Origin: Raja brachyura
Lineage: Eukaryota
Reading direction: 5' to 3'
DNA: 64,000 bases
Assembly (NCBI GenBank): GCA_963514005.1
Contig: OY740808.1
Span: 14,384,001 to 14,448,000 of the forward strand
How positions within the stretch are numbered: the stretch's first letter is position 1; the number at the start of each line of letters is the position of its first letter. Below are positions 11,201 to 25,099 of the stretch, in pieces. A program made the position numbers and the translations under genes. The notes below the pieces were generated by a model. That model saw nothing but the letters and a program-made list of their open reading frames with translations, did not search any database and was not told the origin of the DNA.

Positions 11201-14200
11201 CCTGAGCCAGAGAGCAGAGGGGTGAGTTATGCACTTCCTTTGTTTTCAGGGCTGTTCAAAATAAATGAAGCTGTGAAGAGTGATGTGTGGAAATTATAGG
11301 ATTATGCAAATGATTTGAGACAGCAGCAGGTTAGTGGAGGGAGTTCAGTCAATACATTTACAGAAATATAGCAAGACAAAGAAAGAAGCAGTTGAGTTCA
11401 CACCAACTCTTCCAAAAAGGAATCCTGTTGAGTCCATTCACCCTACTCATATAGTCGTAGAGTCATACAGTGTGGAAACAGGCCCTTCGACCCAACTTGC
11501 CCACGCCGACCAATATGTCCCATCTATACTCTTTTCCTATATCTCAGGAAATGGTTCTTTCCAGTGATTTTTGAAGTTTACTGTACACTGTATCATAATA
11601 GTTTGCTATTTTTCATATTGAACGTTTATCTGCTTGAAGACTTCTCTCTCTGCATAATTAACTTCATCAGTTAAAACAGCTAACATAAATAGACCACATG
11701 GGGTCTGTGTGGGTGGCTTGGAGCAATTCGTACTGACGTTTATACAGAGGAAGATGCTGCATCTTATGTAATAAAGATATTTACTAAGGATTACAAGATT
11801 ATAGAAATATAGAAACATAGAAAATAGGTGCAGGAGGAAGCCATTCGGCTCTTCGAGCCAGCACCACCATTCATTGTGATCATGGCTGATTGTCCCTAAT
11901 CCTGCCTTCTACCCATATCCCTTGTTTCCACTAGCCCCTAGAGCTCTATCTAACTCTCTCTTAAATCCATCCAGTGACTTGGCCTCCACTGCCCTCTGTG
12001 GCAAGGAATTCCACAAATTCACAACTCTCTGGGTGAAAAAGTTTTTTCTCATCTCAGTCTTAAATGGCTTCCCCTTTATTCTAAGACTGTGGCCCCTGGT
12101 TCTGGCTCCCAACATTGGGAACATTTTTCCTGCATCTAGCTTGTCCAGTCCTTTTATAATTTTATATGTTTCTATAAGATCCACCCTCATCCTTCTAAAT
12201 GCCAGTGAATACAAGACTAGTCTTTTCAATCTTTCTTCGTATGACAGTCCCGCCACCCCAGGGATCAATCTCGTGAACCTACGCTGCACTGCCTCAATCG
12301 GAGGCCACAACTGTACACTATACTCCAGATGTGGTCTCACCAGAGTCGTATACAACTGCAGAAGAACCTCTTTACTCCTATACTGAAATCCCCTAGTTAT
12401 AGCTGCTCTTGCTAAGGTTATTGAAAAGAATTGCTCCGCACTGCAATAGAACATGCTGCCCTATTTAATCAGATCATGGCTCACCTAACACTGCATTTCC
12501 TCATGCCCATTTATTCCCCTATAGACAAAGTTGCCTGCCTCAGCCTTCAGTGATTCACAATCCTCTGAGATTACATTTCTTATCTTGGTCATAAATAGGT
12601 AACCTCTTTATAAATCTTTGCACCAGTTCAGAATTCCCTCAACACGGGAAATTTCTTTGGCATCTATCCTGCCAAGCCCCCTTGGAATTGTACATTTCAA
12701 TAAAGTCATGTCTTCTTCAAATTTCCAGTGAGCTAAGACCCAAACTGCTTTGGTTCAAAAACAATCCCAGGAAAAGCGAACCTTTTATGAAGTGCCTCCA
12801 ATACAAGTATGTCCCATAAACAGAGAGGCTAAAACGATATTCATTATTCTCAGTGTGGTCTGCAGTTGTGTACAGTTTTAACAAGCCTCCATATGGTTGT
12901 ACTTTATCTCTTGCATTAAAAGGCAACATTTTAATTGTCTTCTGAATTACCTCCTGTACTGTTTGCTACCTTGTAGTGTTTGATGTGCACAGCCAACTCC
13001 CTATGTAAAATAGTATGTCATAGTCTGCCACTTTGTACAATATTCTGCTTTTTTATTTGTGCCAAGTGGATGACCTCATGTTTCCCTGCATACTTCTCCA
13101 TCTGCCGATGTTTTGCCAGCTCACTGAACCTAGCAAACAAGCTGTGTGTCATCTTCATGACTTGCTCTCCTGCATAACGTTGTCTTTTCTGCAAATCTGG
13201 CTGCAATGCACTAATTCCCATCACTGAGACAATTAACATAGATTATAAATAGTTCAAATAAATTATACTTGGCCATTTGACTGCTGCAGTCTGTGCACAT
13301 CTCTGTGCCCTTAAAGGCACAGCGCATGTGATATCATTGGGTATTTAAAAAGGAGTTTGGGGTTTGCACACTTTATTAGATGGGGCTTTCATTAAAAAAT
13401 GTGGACCCACTGATCTACAGGACGTAATGTTTACTTTGTCTATTTGTATACTTATAGAAACTCTTGCTGTCTATTTTTGCTAGCTTTTGCTCATAATCTA
13501 TTTTCTACTTTATTTTTCTTAGTTATCCTTATCTATTTTCTCAGTCATCTGGCTAACCACTAACCGTCACAAAATTGCATGCCTTTTCTTTCTGTTAACA
13601 ACATTCCTTAATCGGCCACACGAACCATCTTTCTCATGGAGTTTTTATTTCTCAATGGAATCTACCTTTATTGTATGAACACAGAACAAACTACAGCACA
13701 GGAACGGTCCTTTGGTCCATAATGTCTGTGCCGAACATGGTAGCAAATTAAACTAATCCCTCTGTCTGCAGGTGATCCATAGTTTAGTTTATTGTCGCGT
13801 GTACTGAGGTACAGTGAACAGCTTTTTTGTTGTGTGCTATCCAGTCAGCGGATGATAATCCTTTCTTTGCGTTTCCATGTGCCTATCTAAAAGCCTCGTA
13901 AACGCCACTGTCATATCTGCTTCCACCACACTCCTGGCAGCACATACCAGGTACCCACCACTCTGTGCTTTAAGAAAGACCTGTCCTGCATATCACTTTT
14001 CCTTCTCACCTTGAAGTTATGGTCTCCAGTCTTTGACATTTTCACTCTGGGGAAAGAGCCTTTGGCTGTCGACCCTATCTATACCTCTCATAATTTTATA
14101 AACGTTGATCAGGTTTCCCTTCAGTCTCCAAAGCTCCGGAGAAAACAATTTAATTTAAGTCTTTATAGCTAATACCCTCTAATCCAGACAGTGTAAACTT

Positions 14201-17200
14201 TATCCTCTCCAAAACTTCCATACCATTCCTGAAATCGGAACTAGAACAGCATACAATATTCCAAATGCGGCCAAACCAAAGCTTTGCAATTCAGCAACAT
14301 GACTTCCTTACATTTGTACATCATGCCCCATCTGATGCAGGCAAGCATATCATATGCCTTCTTTACCACTTTGTCTACTTTTGTTTCTACTTTCCAGGAG
14401 CTATGGACTTGTATCCCGAGATCCCTCTGTACATCAATGCTGTCATGGGTCCTGCCATTAACTCTTCCTCTTATATTTCCTCTTCCTCTTATACTTATAT
14501 TTGACCTCAAAGTGCCTCGCTGAAATATCCAGTCTGCTTTAACCACCTCTATCCTCTTACCATTAAGACACTATTTAACCTACGTTTTTCAATCTCAAAC
14601 TAAATGTGCTAATACTCTACAATCCTATCCAGAGGATCCTTTAGCGTGAGACCATTAATTATCCTGTCTCATTGCACGTGCCCACATGCAAAATAACACA
14701 TTGTTTCGTGGAAGTGCAGCGGGGAAGCTACTAGGATCCAAACACATTGCCCGTATCTGTCCTATGCACTCATCCTCTGTGATTTATCCAATCTTATTAA
14801 ATACTTTTGTTGCCCAAGATTATTGTAGTATCTTCTTTCTTATTAGCCCCCAGCTTGATCAAGGCAATTGCTATCACATGTCTACTAACTGGGCCCTTTT
14901 GATGACTTCCATTTATTTCTTCTCTATCAAAACTGAATCTACGTCATGAACTTCTGAATAAAGATCTTCTCTCACTGAGATCCACCACCTTCCAAAATAT
15001 TAGGTGCCCAGGCATGTTCAGTTCCTAGCCTTGCTCCCATGCAACCGCTTTTGGTAATGACTGTTTATTCCTAATAGTGTCATGCCAGAGTGTCATCAAT
15101 TTATTTGGTTCAGTTGCTTTGTACATTACTGAGGTTTTCATTTTATCACCTTCTCCCATCTCTATTTGCATTTCATATTTAAGTTTGTAAGTTTTGCCCC
15201 TCTCTGTCTCACTCTGATTATCATTACCCCTCTTGACGCACAGCATTACAAAGTTGTCCTTTTCAATAACTTCAAATGTCCCCTTACATGAACTTTTATC
15301 TGAAGTCTGAAGGAGGGTTTCGGCCCGAAACGTTGCCTATCTCCTTCGCTCCTTAGATGCTGCTGCACCCGCTGAGTTTCTCCAGCCTTTTGTGTACCCT
15401 CGATTTTCCAGCATCTGCAGTTCCTTCTTTAACAACATGAACCTTTATCATATCTCTTTGTGATCTTCTTCGCTTTAAGAACCACCCAGCTTTTCCAATC
15501 TGTCCAATTTATTCAGTTAATCAGATCATTTACCAGTGAATTAGATCATGACTGGTCTGACCTCCATCTAACTGCCTTGATTTCTCAACTGTTCTATACC
15601 TTGTGCACGTACCGATTGAAGAATGGAGGAGAAACAGGCCTATACAGAATACTCCTTCTAATCTGGACATGTTAAATACCATTTGATCCAACTGCTGCGT
15701 GTTGTGTTCATGTTCCACTTGCTTTTTCCCATGTAGACAGGATTGGAGGAGATGTGGAGGATAAATATCTCTTTCTCCTGACTCCTTGGGTCCTCTCCAC
15801 CCACAAATCAGAAGTGTCTGGCATTGTCCCCAGTTACCTGGATGAATGTACCACCAAACAAGCCAGCACCAGCTACGACTAAGCAGCCTGTTTGGTTGGC
15901 TCCGCATGTGGCAGCTTCATTATTTGTTGCCCCCACCACTGTCTACAGTGTATATCATCTACAAATGCTCTTGAATCACTCTCCTGGGGTACTCCCAAGA
16001 ACGTCTCCCAACCCAGGACATGGGCAACATGCACATGAGAGCACCGGCATTTGGAGGTCCCTTCCATCCTCTCTGGACTTGGACATATGTTGCTGGGTCT
16101 ACATTCTGGAACTTATCATGCAATAGTCGTCATCTATCAAAGTCCCTTTTAAAGGAAACAAAGGCAGACTTGACTTTGTATATAGTACCTGTCCTAAGTA
16201 CTTTTACAAGTAACGGAGTAGGGACAGGGTTCAACCCAGTATGACCGCTGTCATATAAGATCATGGCTGATTTCATTGTAACCTTACATCTGTCTACCAT
16301 TGTAGCCACCATGTAGTTGGTTACACTACCGTGTAGTGTATATAATGGTAACTGTACCTTTAAGAACTGAGTACCAGGCGGTGTTATTTGAATCATGTGA
16401 TATATTCATATCTTATTTGTCTCATGAATATGTGTGTGAGTATGTGCAGTGTACGTTTGTAAAATAAAGAAGACCGACACTGGCAAATGCTTGACTGAAA
16501 CCTGTCTTTGTTTCTGTCTACTTGCCACTACTGTAATATCTTACACATTGCGACAAGGATACGATTGAATTTGAGAACTCAACCTTTAAATTCTGCGCAG
16601 GACTGTTTTAACAATATGCAGTATAGTTTAACATTTTACACGGCAAATATGGAGCTGTGTCGCAAGTGTTTCTGAACTGGACACAATAGACTGCAGACCC
16701 TTCTTTGCAGTGTAGTGTAAAACAGCAGCTACACGAATCATCTAGAGATTGTCAGGCTCTCTTTGTGTTGTGTCTATGGCAAAATAGCATCCATAAGATA
16801 CATCGGCCGACTATGGATTTTCGACAAGAACGGTGAAACCTTTAGCTCGTACTGTGAATGGAAATGTTTTTTAGTGCAATTAATATATTGAAGCTGAAGA
16901 AACAGAGGGCGGTGATCAAGTGCAGGTAAAAGCACAAAACAAGGCAATCGGAATGCAAAATGGCCATTCTATTAACTGAAATTGGTTCTGAGGTTTATGT
17001 ATCTCACACCAAAATCCTAGCCCCAGAAAAAGCAACAAATATTTCATTTGAGACTGTTGTTGATGTCCACTTCAACCCTAAGCCCATAGAGATTGCAGAA
17101 AGATACACATTTCGCACCAAAAAAAAACAGAAGTCTGATGAGTCTGAGTGAGTACATTGAAAAAGTTGTCTCTCCACTGCAATATTAGGACATTTCTGAA

Positions 17201-20200
17201 TCGAGTTTAGTGTTATAGATTTGTACGTGGATTGCTGGAAGAGGGAATCCAATAAAAATTACTGAACACACCAGCCCTTTGATTTGGCATGCAAAACAGC
17301 CCTGGACATGGAGATGGCATCTCAAAGTGCATGTGAGTTTCGACCAATGCCGTAATGTCTTCCACCTTTCACCCTCTTACATATCAAGTATCCCTCTTCT
17401 GCTGTCTTAAGAATATCCAACGCCTCTGCACTCACTGTCCTTTGGGATGCAGGAAACCCTGGGGCAGTTCACACAGCAGGTTTTCACAAAGAGAACTATT
17501 GATAGGATCATCTGCTTTGGTGATGTCGGGATCACTACTGATTAGGACTACGGGTATCCTAACTCTACAGCTTTTCAAAGTAATGTTGTGTGCTCTTTAG
17601 CATCCACCTTGGAGAATAATATTAATTAACAAATCATCTGAAGCTTAATTTCTCGCAACAGCCCTAGATTTTTCTGCATGCATCTTTAGAGTGGGACTCG
17701 TCCTGTAACCCTTGTGACTGAGACATGGCTGATGGCTCTCTGTTTGTTTACATTATTTACTATGACCAGCTCAGTACAGTAAACATATACAAGTTATGTA
17801 GCTCTGTCTCAATTGTTTTATTTGTCATTGAGAGCTGCACTGTTTGCACCTACAGAGGGCCAGTATTAGTTGCTGCCGTTGGGAGTTTATCCTTCATATC
17901 CCACTTCACTGTTAGTGACCTCTGTTATTAACCACCTTCCCTGTCCACATTGCCTTTGGTTCCTTCATTTTTGGAAGTGCTGTGGGTTTTTGTTTCGTCA
18001 CGTATAGGTGGTCTGGACCATGTTTGTGCTTGTATTGGTTTTGTGTTGAATTACTGTCATATTCCCATTTCAGGGTTTCCAAGGTTTTGGCTTTGGAGAT
18101 GGAGGATTCCAGATGTCTTTTGGGATTGGTGCGTTTCCATTTGGGATTTTTGCAACAGCATTCAACATTAATGACGGCCGCCCGCCTCCAGGTACGTGAT
18201 TTAAAATGGCTGTTCTCCACCCTCGTACATGCTTACTGCTGAGTATGCAAATGGTCAGCTCTCTGTTACAGTTGTATGGTTTGGTCTCTGTTCACATTTG
18301 TCTCTGCACATTACAGCATACCGCTCGCAAGCGGTGCTAGATGTTCCGGAAATGATTGTAAAGCTGGGCGATGGGCAGGCAGCATATTCAGTTTACAGCT
18401 CTCAAAGCAAGATTTAGAGCAGTGTAATGGCAGTGTTCTGAGAGGTTCTTGGATAGTCCTAATCCAGCATTGTGGTGGCATTCACATCCTCCACTGCAAT
18501 AACTAATGTCAACTACTTTGTCATAGAGCTGTACAGCACAGAAACCCACCTTGACCAGCCAACCAAGTTGGGATTACTGGACTAGCTCCCTATTCCTGCA
18601 TTTGACCCATAGACAAATGAAAAAGTTGCCCCTGAGGCCCTTCTTAAATGTCACCCCTCTCACCTTAAGCTTATGCCATCTAGGTTTAGAAACCTCTACC
18701 CTGGGGAAATCCATGCTGCTCATGATCTGTACACCTCAATAACGTCACTCCTGGGCCTCCTACACTCCAAAGAAAAAAGCAGAGGGCCAAGACTTCATCT
18801 GACCTCAAGCTCGGTCTTGGTCTTTACATTGCAGATGCAGGTGTGGAAGCCAGAGGCATGCTGATCTACACGCAGCATATCTTCACAACCACCAGCTGGT
18901 CAACAGCATGATTCATCACATTTGCACAAGATGACCCTCATCAAGGTTTCTTTAATCAACACAAAAAGCTGGAGTAACTCAGTTGTCAGGCAGCATCTCT
19001 GGAGAAAAGGAATAGGTGACATTTTGGGACTGAAAGGTAGAGAAGGCCAGAACAAAACAGGGCAAACAGGGCCGGCAACAGATGACCTCAGGAAGGGTGG
19101 AGCCCATAATGGTCCATTCGTGGCTTGGGAAGATATGCTAACGAGAGGAATACGGAATACAAGATGTGAACAGTGAAGCCAGGAGGACGACTTGGAGGGG
19201 GGGGGGGGGGGAGGGAGCAGGTTTCCTTAAACACTCAAAATAGAACAACAAGCCATTTATTTAATGCTCTTTGTTTAAATATTGTGCCTGTCATGTAGAG
19301 TGAACATGCTCACTGCTGCAGACAGTTACTCCAGAGAGGATCTGTCAAGAAGAGCTGTGTGCAAATAGTCTTGGCTTTGATCAGTTTAAGGTGATTAGCT
19401 CTTGTGAGCTCTTGAGTTAGACTATTTTTAGTGTTGAAGACCTGCTGTTGTGCGGATTCATCAGTATGCTCTTGTTATTTTATGTTAATATGTAACACAT
19501 TAACCCATTGTTTTCATGTAAGTGTAAACCTTGTGTCCAGCCACATAATTCTGTCATTATTTTTGTCACGCTTCTGTTTATCCCGCATTTATCTGATGCC
19601 CTTAGGTGCATTCTTTGCATTCAGTTCATCTCACCGTCTGGCTTGGTGTCTAAACTTACCATTTCTTCGCACGGTTTGTAAGCTTAGACTGATTATAACG
19701 TCAAAACCTCCAAATACTTTTGGTATAGCCTTGCAACTTTTCACCAGGGCAGACATTTAGTCTGCATTCTTTTGCCCTTTGGATTGTCTCCATTGTGTTT
19801 GCTCCTTTGAGAACTCCAAAGGCAATAAGCTTTATTATCTTGAACTGCAAGCACACAAAGAATCACAAATACTCGCCACTCCTGAGGATTAGCCTAGTGA
19901 AGCTTTATCTTCAGCTTTTTGCTTCCGTTTTATTGTGTTACACGTATGCTCCATCTTGGACTCGCTGTGTGCATGCTTCCGTGTTTGTCCCTAATGTGTA
20001 GGATAGTGCTAGTGTCAGGGTGATTGCTAGTCTGCGCCGACTCAGTTGGCCGAAGGGCCTGTTTCCACGCTGCATCTCTAAAAGACAAAACAAGCCATGT
20101 GAAAGCAGTGACCATTTTTAAGACTGATTAATTGCCTGTAAAGTACCCAATGAAAGGTGCCGTCTTGAGAGTCTATCTGTATTTAAAGATCTCCAGCTGG

Positions 20201-20335
20201 TGGATTCTCAGTGTGTTTCTCCTCTCTTGTCCCGCAGCAGTCCCTGGAACGCCGCAGTATGTGGATGAACAATTCCTCTCTCGCCTTTTCCTCTTCGTGG
20301 CTCTTGTAATTATGTTTTGGCTCCTCATTGCCTAA
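2007..20335 (+). CDS. RNF185: E3 ubiquitin ligase RNF185, join(2007..2200,2992..3010,4698..4810,11167..11221,18074..18191,20238..20335), 597 nt = 198 aa + stop
   Basis: All introns are GT-AG and the phases join into one frame. C3HC4 RING: [43 protein letters not shown]. Then [44 protein letters not shown] and the C-terminal [22 protein letters not shown]. Confidence 0.97.
2992..3010 (+). CDS. RNF185: RNF185 19-nt microexon (C-WPCLHQ)
   Basis: ctacag|CTGGCCTTGTTTACATCAG|gtacat; CTAAC branch-point-like motif at 2942; supplies the missing RING cysteines. Confidence 0.95.
4698..4810 (+). CDS. RNF185: RNF185 exon ([38 protein letters not shown])
   Basis: gacag|TGG ... CCCAG|gtgagc; 113 nt. Confidence 0.96.
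5471..5716 (+). mobile_element. CR1-like LINE 3' end
   Basis: [14 protein letters not shown]-type end, GGGCCGAATGGCCTACTCCTGC and (TTTCTATG)2 tail. Confidence 0.9.
6972..7350 (-). mobile_element. CR1-like LINE 3' end
   Basis: ORF 7064-7327 RTRGHSLRI...[14 protein letters not shown]; (CATAGAAA) tail. Confidence 0.92.
7390..9363 (+). mobile_element. Internally deleted Ty3/Gypsy LTR retrotransposon
   Basis: 5' LTR TG..CA at 7390-7696; PBS TGGTGACCCCGAC at 7698-7710 (complement of the tRNA-Trp 3' end); gag fragment LELPTFW..PQVWF; RT YLDDILV; RNase H TDHKPL..ADALSR; 3' LTR remnant ending CTCTTCA at 9363; 5-bp TSD AAGGT on both sides. Confidence 0.93.
10538..10690 (-). mobile_element. CR1-like 3' end fragment
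   Basis: Same 3'UTR as 6972-7140. Confidence 0.85.
11167..11221 (+). CDS. RNF185: RNF185 exon ([18 protein letters not shown])
   Basis: tttcag|AGAG ... AGAGGG|gtgagt; 55 nt. Confidence 0.95.
11802..12395 (-). mobile_element. CR1-like LINE 3' fragment
   Basis: [32 protein letters not shown]. Confidence 0.92.
13675..14440 (-). mobile_element. Degenerate CR1-like fragment
   Basis: [13 protein letters not shown]...LVWPHLEYC; CR1-type 3'UTR near 13680-13780. Confidence 0.8.
16332..17350 (+). mobile_element. Older Gypsy relic (LTR, degenerate PBS, broken gag)
   Basis: TGTAGT...AATAAA...TTACACA then TTGCGACAAGGAT (degenerate TGGCGACGAGGAT, tRNA-Ser-type PBS); gag-like [12 protein letters not shown]...[15 protein letters not shown]. 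Confidence 0.75.
18074..18191 (+). CDS. RNF185: RNF185 exon ([39 protein letters not shown])
   Basis: tttcag|GGT ... CCAG|gtacgt; 118 nt. Confidence 0.96.
20238..20335 (+). CDS. RNF185: RNF185 last coding exon ([32 protein letters not shown])
   Basis: Pyrimidine tract plus CAGCAG tandem acceptor; TAA at 20333-20335. Confidence 0.96.
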
Positions 20336-20841
20336 GGACAAAATGGTAGCGATCCTTAACGTGTCTGAAATGTGGCAATGAACTATCCCAGGTTTCTGTG
20401 TTTTTCTACCTTTGGATACCTATTAGGTACAAAAATCAGATCTAATAAGTAACTAAAATCAGCTTCTCAAGGGATATGCTTTGATGGACTGTGAATGCGA
20501 TTAAAAGGCTCCTTTTTCTTGGGCTGTAATTCTATGGCAGTGTCCATTTCAGTATGGATGAGTGGTGTTCCTGCTCAACTCACTGAAAGTTTTTGGAGGT
20601 CTGTCTTTTAATTCAATCACTGCTACACTGTCATTTTGAAAAGGGCCAAAGTACTCGTTTCTTCGCAGAAGGACTGGCCCTTGAAATGAAACAGCTCAGA
20701 GATTTAAGACATGTCGGTAGCAGCACGTATCAGTGTGTTTGGTTGATCTAACCATTTGATGAAGGCAAATGTATAAACACCACTCACGGACTTGAATACG
20801 CAGTACAACCCAATGTTGAGAGCCTATCTGCCTGCTCAATG

Positions 20842-21866
20842 AATAAAGAAATTCCTACAATACAATTTAAAGAAGGACTGGGAACTCGGTGAAAAACATT
20901 GACATGTATTGATCATTGCTTATGGGAATCTCACTGTACATGAATTGACTGCCATGTTTCCCTACATATTATTGACCACACTTCAAATACTTTTTTGTGA
21001 AAATCTTTGATATAAATTAAGGGTGGTACTAATTGAAATTCCCAATTTGCATAGTTCCAATTTCACCCTGTTAATCACTGGCATAGGGGATTTGTGGTCT
21101 TTCATCTGCAAAGTTGCGTGTCAGCCAGGTATCCTGCTCTCCCCATCCCTGCTCATGCTAACATTGAACGGGTTTCTCAGTGACAGATTACCTACTCAGG
21201 TGGCTGCATCGATGGATTTATTTTTATTAGTTGTTCAGGGGACCTGGACCCTGATGGCAATTATTGTCCATCCCTGACTGCCCTTTGAACATGTAGTGGA
21301 CGTTTCGGAGAGCAGTTAAGTCTTGATCACTTTGGTGTGTCTATAATTGCAAGTAGACTGGACTGGGTAAAAATAGCAAGTTTATTTGGCGTTACCCCGA
21401 AATCTAAGCCTGAGCACGAGGAAGGAGCAAGGCTGCAACCCCAACTGGGATCTTGAGAACATAGACAGTTGTTTAAAGGGGTAGGTTCAGTCCAGGCAAC
21501 CGTGTTTGATCGGAATCCCCACTGGAGTTGAAACCAGGTGTACCAGGCTGCAGAATGATGTTGGCCATAGCAGATATGGCCATCCTTGGAACCTGATTCA
21601 CCCAGGGTGATGGTGTGGGAAAAAATGAGTTGCAGATGGGTGCGGGTGGAACTGCCTCCATTGTGCGGAGGCTGCGGAGATGGTTCTGTCCTCCAGCTCG
21701 GTGAATTAGTGGAGCTCCTGGAAGTGATTGGGATTGCCCATGCCCTGATGGGTTGACAATGCATGGAGAGTATCTGCGTGAACTGAATATGGGTGGCAAT
21801 TAAAGTATCAAAAAGTATTTTTAATTTAATATCCTGTTTCTGGCTTTGTATCAGATGTCAAATAAA
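20842..21866 (+). terminator. Candidate RNF185 polyadenylation signals (AATAAA at 20842 and 21861)
   Basis: Canonical hexamers downstream of the stop codon; the sequence alone does not show which is used. Confidence 0.5.
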
Positions 21867-22069
21867 TATTGAACAATGATCAACTGATGACCTATTGTTA
21901 TTTCTTTATGCTGATTAATGGAAAAATAAAGGGTGGAGCTTGGCAAAGTTCTGGAATTATGCTTAAGGAGCTTGAATTACCTGGTGGTTGTCTCTGAGGC
22001 AGAGCCTATTACATTCAACCCCACTCCAGACTTCATCACACAACTTGGGCAGCAGTGTGGCACAGCAGG

Positions 22070-23650
22070 TAGGTAAGTAAGCAAGTTTATTGGCCAAGTA
22101 TTCACATACAAGGAATTTGCCTTGGTGCTCCACCCACAAGTAACAACATGACATACAGTGACAGTTACGAATTAATCTGAAAACACTAAACATTAATAAA
22201 AATAATAAAACTAATGATAAAACACCATTGATCAAACATGCGAACTAACAAAATACCAGATCAAAGGGAAGCTACAGATTTTTGGCTGTTGAGTAGAGCA
22301 ACTACTCGTGGATAAAAACTGTTTTTATGTATGGCCGTTGCAGCTTTGACAGTCCGGAGTTGCCTTCCAGAGGCAAGTGTTTCAAAGAGTTTGTGGCCAG
22401 GGTGAGAGGGGGTCAGAGATGATCTTTCCTGCTTGCTTCCTGGCCCTTGCAGTGTACAGTTCATCAATGGAGGGAAGCTTGCAGCCAATAACCTTCTCAG
22501 CTGATCGGACGATTCGCTGCAGCCTCCAGGTTTTGTGCTTGGTGGCTGAGCCAAACCAGGCCATGATGGAGAATTTGAGAACAGACTCTACGATGGCTGT
22601 GTAGAATTGGACCATCATTGCCTGTGGCAGATTGTGCTTCCTCAGCTGCCGTAGGAAGTGCATCCTCTGTGTGCCTTTTTGACTGTGGATGGTAGCCTCC
22701 AACTTAAGGTCCTTGGAGATGTTGGTTCCCAGGAACTTAAAAGACTCCACAGATGTGACTGGTGTTGTTCATGGTGAATGGGGTGAGGGGAGGGGGAGCT
22801 CTCCTAAAGTCTACAATCAATTCCACTTTCTTAAGAGCATTGAGCTCTAGGTCGTTGCGATGGCATCAGGATGCCAGCTGTGACACTTCCTGTCTGTAGG
22901 CAGATTCCTCCCCATCATGGATCAGTCCAATCAGGGTTGTGTCGTCCATAAACTTGAGAAGCTTGACAGAGGTGTCTGTGGAGGTGCAGTCGTTGGTGTA
23001 GAGGAGAGGAGAGAGTACGCAGCCTTGCGGTGCTCCTATGCTGAGCGTTTGTGGGTCCGAGATGTGCTTTCCCAGACTCACATGCTGCTTCCTGTCTGTC
23101 AGGAAGCTGGTGATCCACCGACAGAGGGGTTCAGGCACAGTCAACTCGAAAAGTTTGGAGTGTAGTAGCTCTGGCACAATGGTGTTGAATGCAGAGCTAA
23201 AATCAACAAACAAGATCCTCGCATAAGTCCCCTGGGGTCTAGGTGCTGTAGGATAAAGTGCAGGCCCAGGTTGACTGCATCATCCACAGATCTATTGGCC
23301 CGATATGCAAACTCCATAGGGTCCAGCAGGGGGATCGTGATATTTTTCAGCTTGGCCAGCACAAGCCTTTCAAATGTCTTCATGACTACAGAGGTCAGTG
23401 CGACAGGCCTATAATCATTAAGGACAAGTAATCCTTGCCTTTTTGGTACAGGGACAATAGTAGAGACTTTGAAACCGGCAGGGACAGTACATGTTTGCAG
23501 GGACTGGTTAAAATGTCTGTATAGACTGGTGCCAGTTGTTTGGCACAGAGCTTGAAAGTAGCGGGGAAAACATTGTCAGGTCCTGGAGATTTTCGGTTTT
23601 CTGAGGAGCCTCACCACCACCTCATTTTTTATTGTTGATGAAGTGATGTT
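22070..23650 (-). mobile_element. Rex/Babar-like LINE ORF2 fragment (frameshifted RT and 3' end)
   Basis: MKTFERLV, FAYRANRSVDDAV, DFSSAFNTI, GAPQGCVLSPLLY, KFMDDTTLIGLI, FKFLGTNIS, FLRQLRK. Confidence 0.9.
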
Positions 23651-24159
23651 GTTCAGCAAGGGGGGTGTGGGTAATTGGATGTGAAGTGGTGATTGGAGGG
23701 GGGTGGGTGTAGAAGGGACCAGTCTTTCCAGACTGAGGTCAGGCTGTGAGTGGGTGTGAAGTGTTGGTTGAGGTGGGAAATGGTCCAGTCTTTCCTTAAG
23801 TAGGCGTGAAGTGCTGAATAGGAAGGAGCGGGTGCAGGGTCCATTCTTTGCAGATTGTTGGCCAGCTGTCGATTGTCCAAATCTTACATTTTAGACACTG
23901 AATGAATATATCAAGTATAATTATGAGTGTAGGAAAGAACAGAAAATTGCTGGTTATCTCCGACAAAGCCAGAAAATGTTTTACCAGTTCTGACAAAGGT
24001 TCTTCTACCTGAAATGGTAGCTCTTTCTCTTCCCATAGATGCAACTTGATCACTGTTTCAAGTGGGTTTTTTTACATGTTGAAAATTCTCAGCAGTTATT
24101 TTGATTTTCAAAGTTTATCATCATAACAGTTTGGATCGTAACCATAACTCCTACCTCAA

Positions 24160-25000
24160 CAAGTACGTGGGCACACTACAATCTGCCTACCACCATAGCA
24201 GGTCAAAGGAGGATGCAATCACACTGGCTCTCCAGTCTGCAACAGATCACTTGAACAATAAAAACACACATGTCAGGCTGGTGTTTATAGATACCAAGCT
24301 CTGGGTCTCTGCATATCCTTCTGCAACTGGATCCTTGACTTTCTCATCAACAGACTTTAATCTGTACAAATTGGCAGCAACACTTCCTCCTTGATAACCA
24401 TCAGTACAGGAGTGCCTCAAGGATGCGTGCTCAGCCCCCTGCTCTACCCACTCTATACTCACTACAGTACGAACTCCATCTTCAGATTTGTCAATGACAC
24501 CACCGTTGTTGGACAAATGGCAAATTCCGATGAATGGGAGTATAGGAAGGAGGTCGACTGACTGACCAAATGGTGCCAGAACAACAATTTTGCTCTCAAT
24601 GCCAATAAAACCAAGGAGCTGATTGTTGACTTTGGAAGAAGGTCGAGGATCCACAAACCTGTGTTCATTATGAAGAGAGTCAAAAGTTTCTAATTCCCTA
24701 GGCATGCATATCTCTGAAGATCTGTCCCGGACCCAGCACATCGATGCAATCATAAAGAAACCCCTTCAAAATCTATTTTCTTCTTAGAAGATTGAGGAGA
24801 TTCGGTACATTCACGAATACTCTCCTGAACTTCTACAGGTGTACAGTAAAGAGCATGGTTGCATCATGACCTGGTTCAGCAACTCGAGCGCCCACGATTG
24901 TAAATAGTAGTGGACACTGCCCAAGTCCATCACGGGTCTATTGAATAGAGTTGCTACCTCCAAATCAGATTTGTCACAGACCCACACCACCCATATGGCA
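24160..25000 (+). mobile_element. Degenerate Rex/Babar-like LINE fragment
   Basis: LQSAY..RSKEDAITLAL; GGAGTGCCTCAAGGATGCGTGCTCAGCCCC (GVPQGCVLSP); KTKELIVDF. Confidence 0.85.
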
Positions 25001-25099
25001 TACTCCCGTAGGTGAATGGCAAGGACACCAAGTCCAGGGAACCTAGGACGTCCAAGAATATCAGGGCTCTGATTTTTAATGCTTAAAATAAATTAGGAG

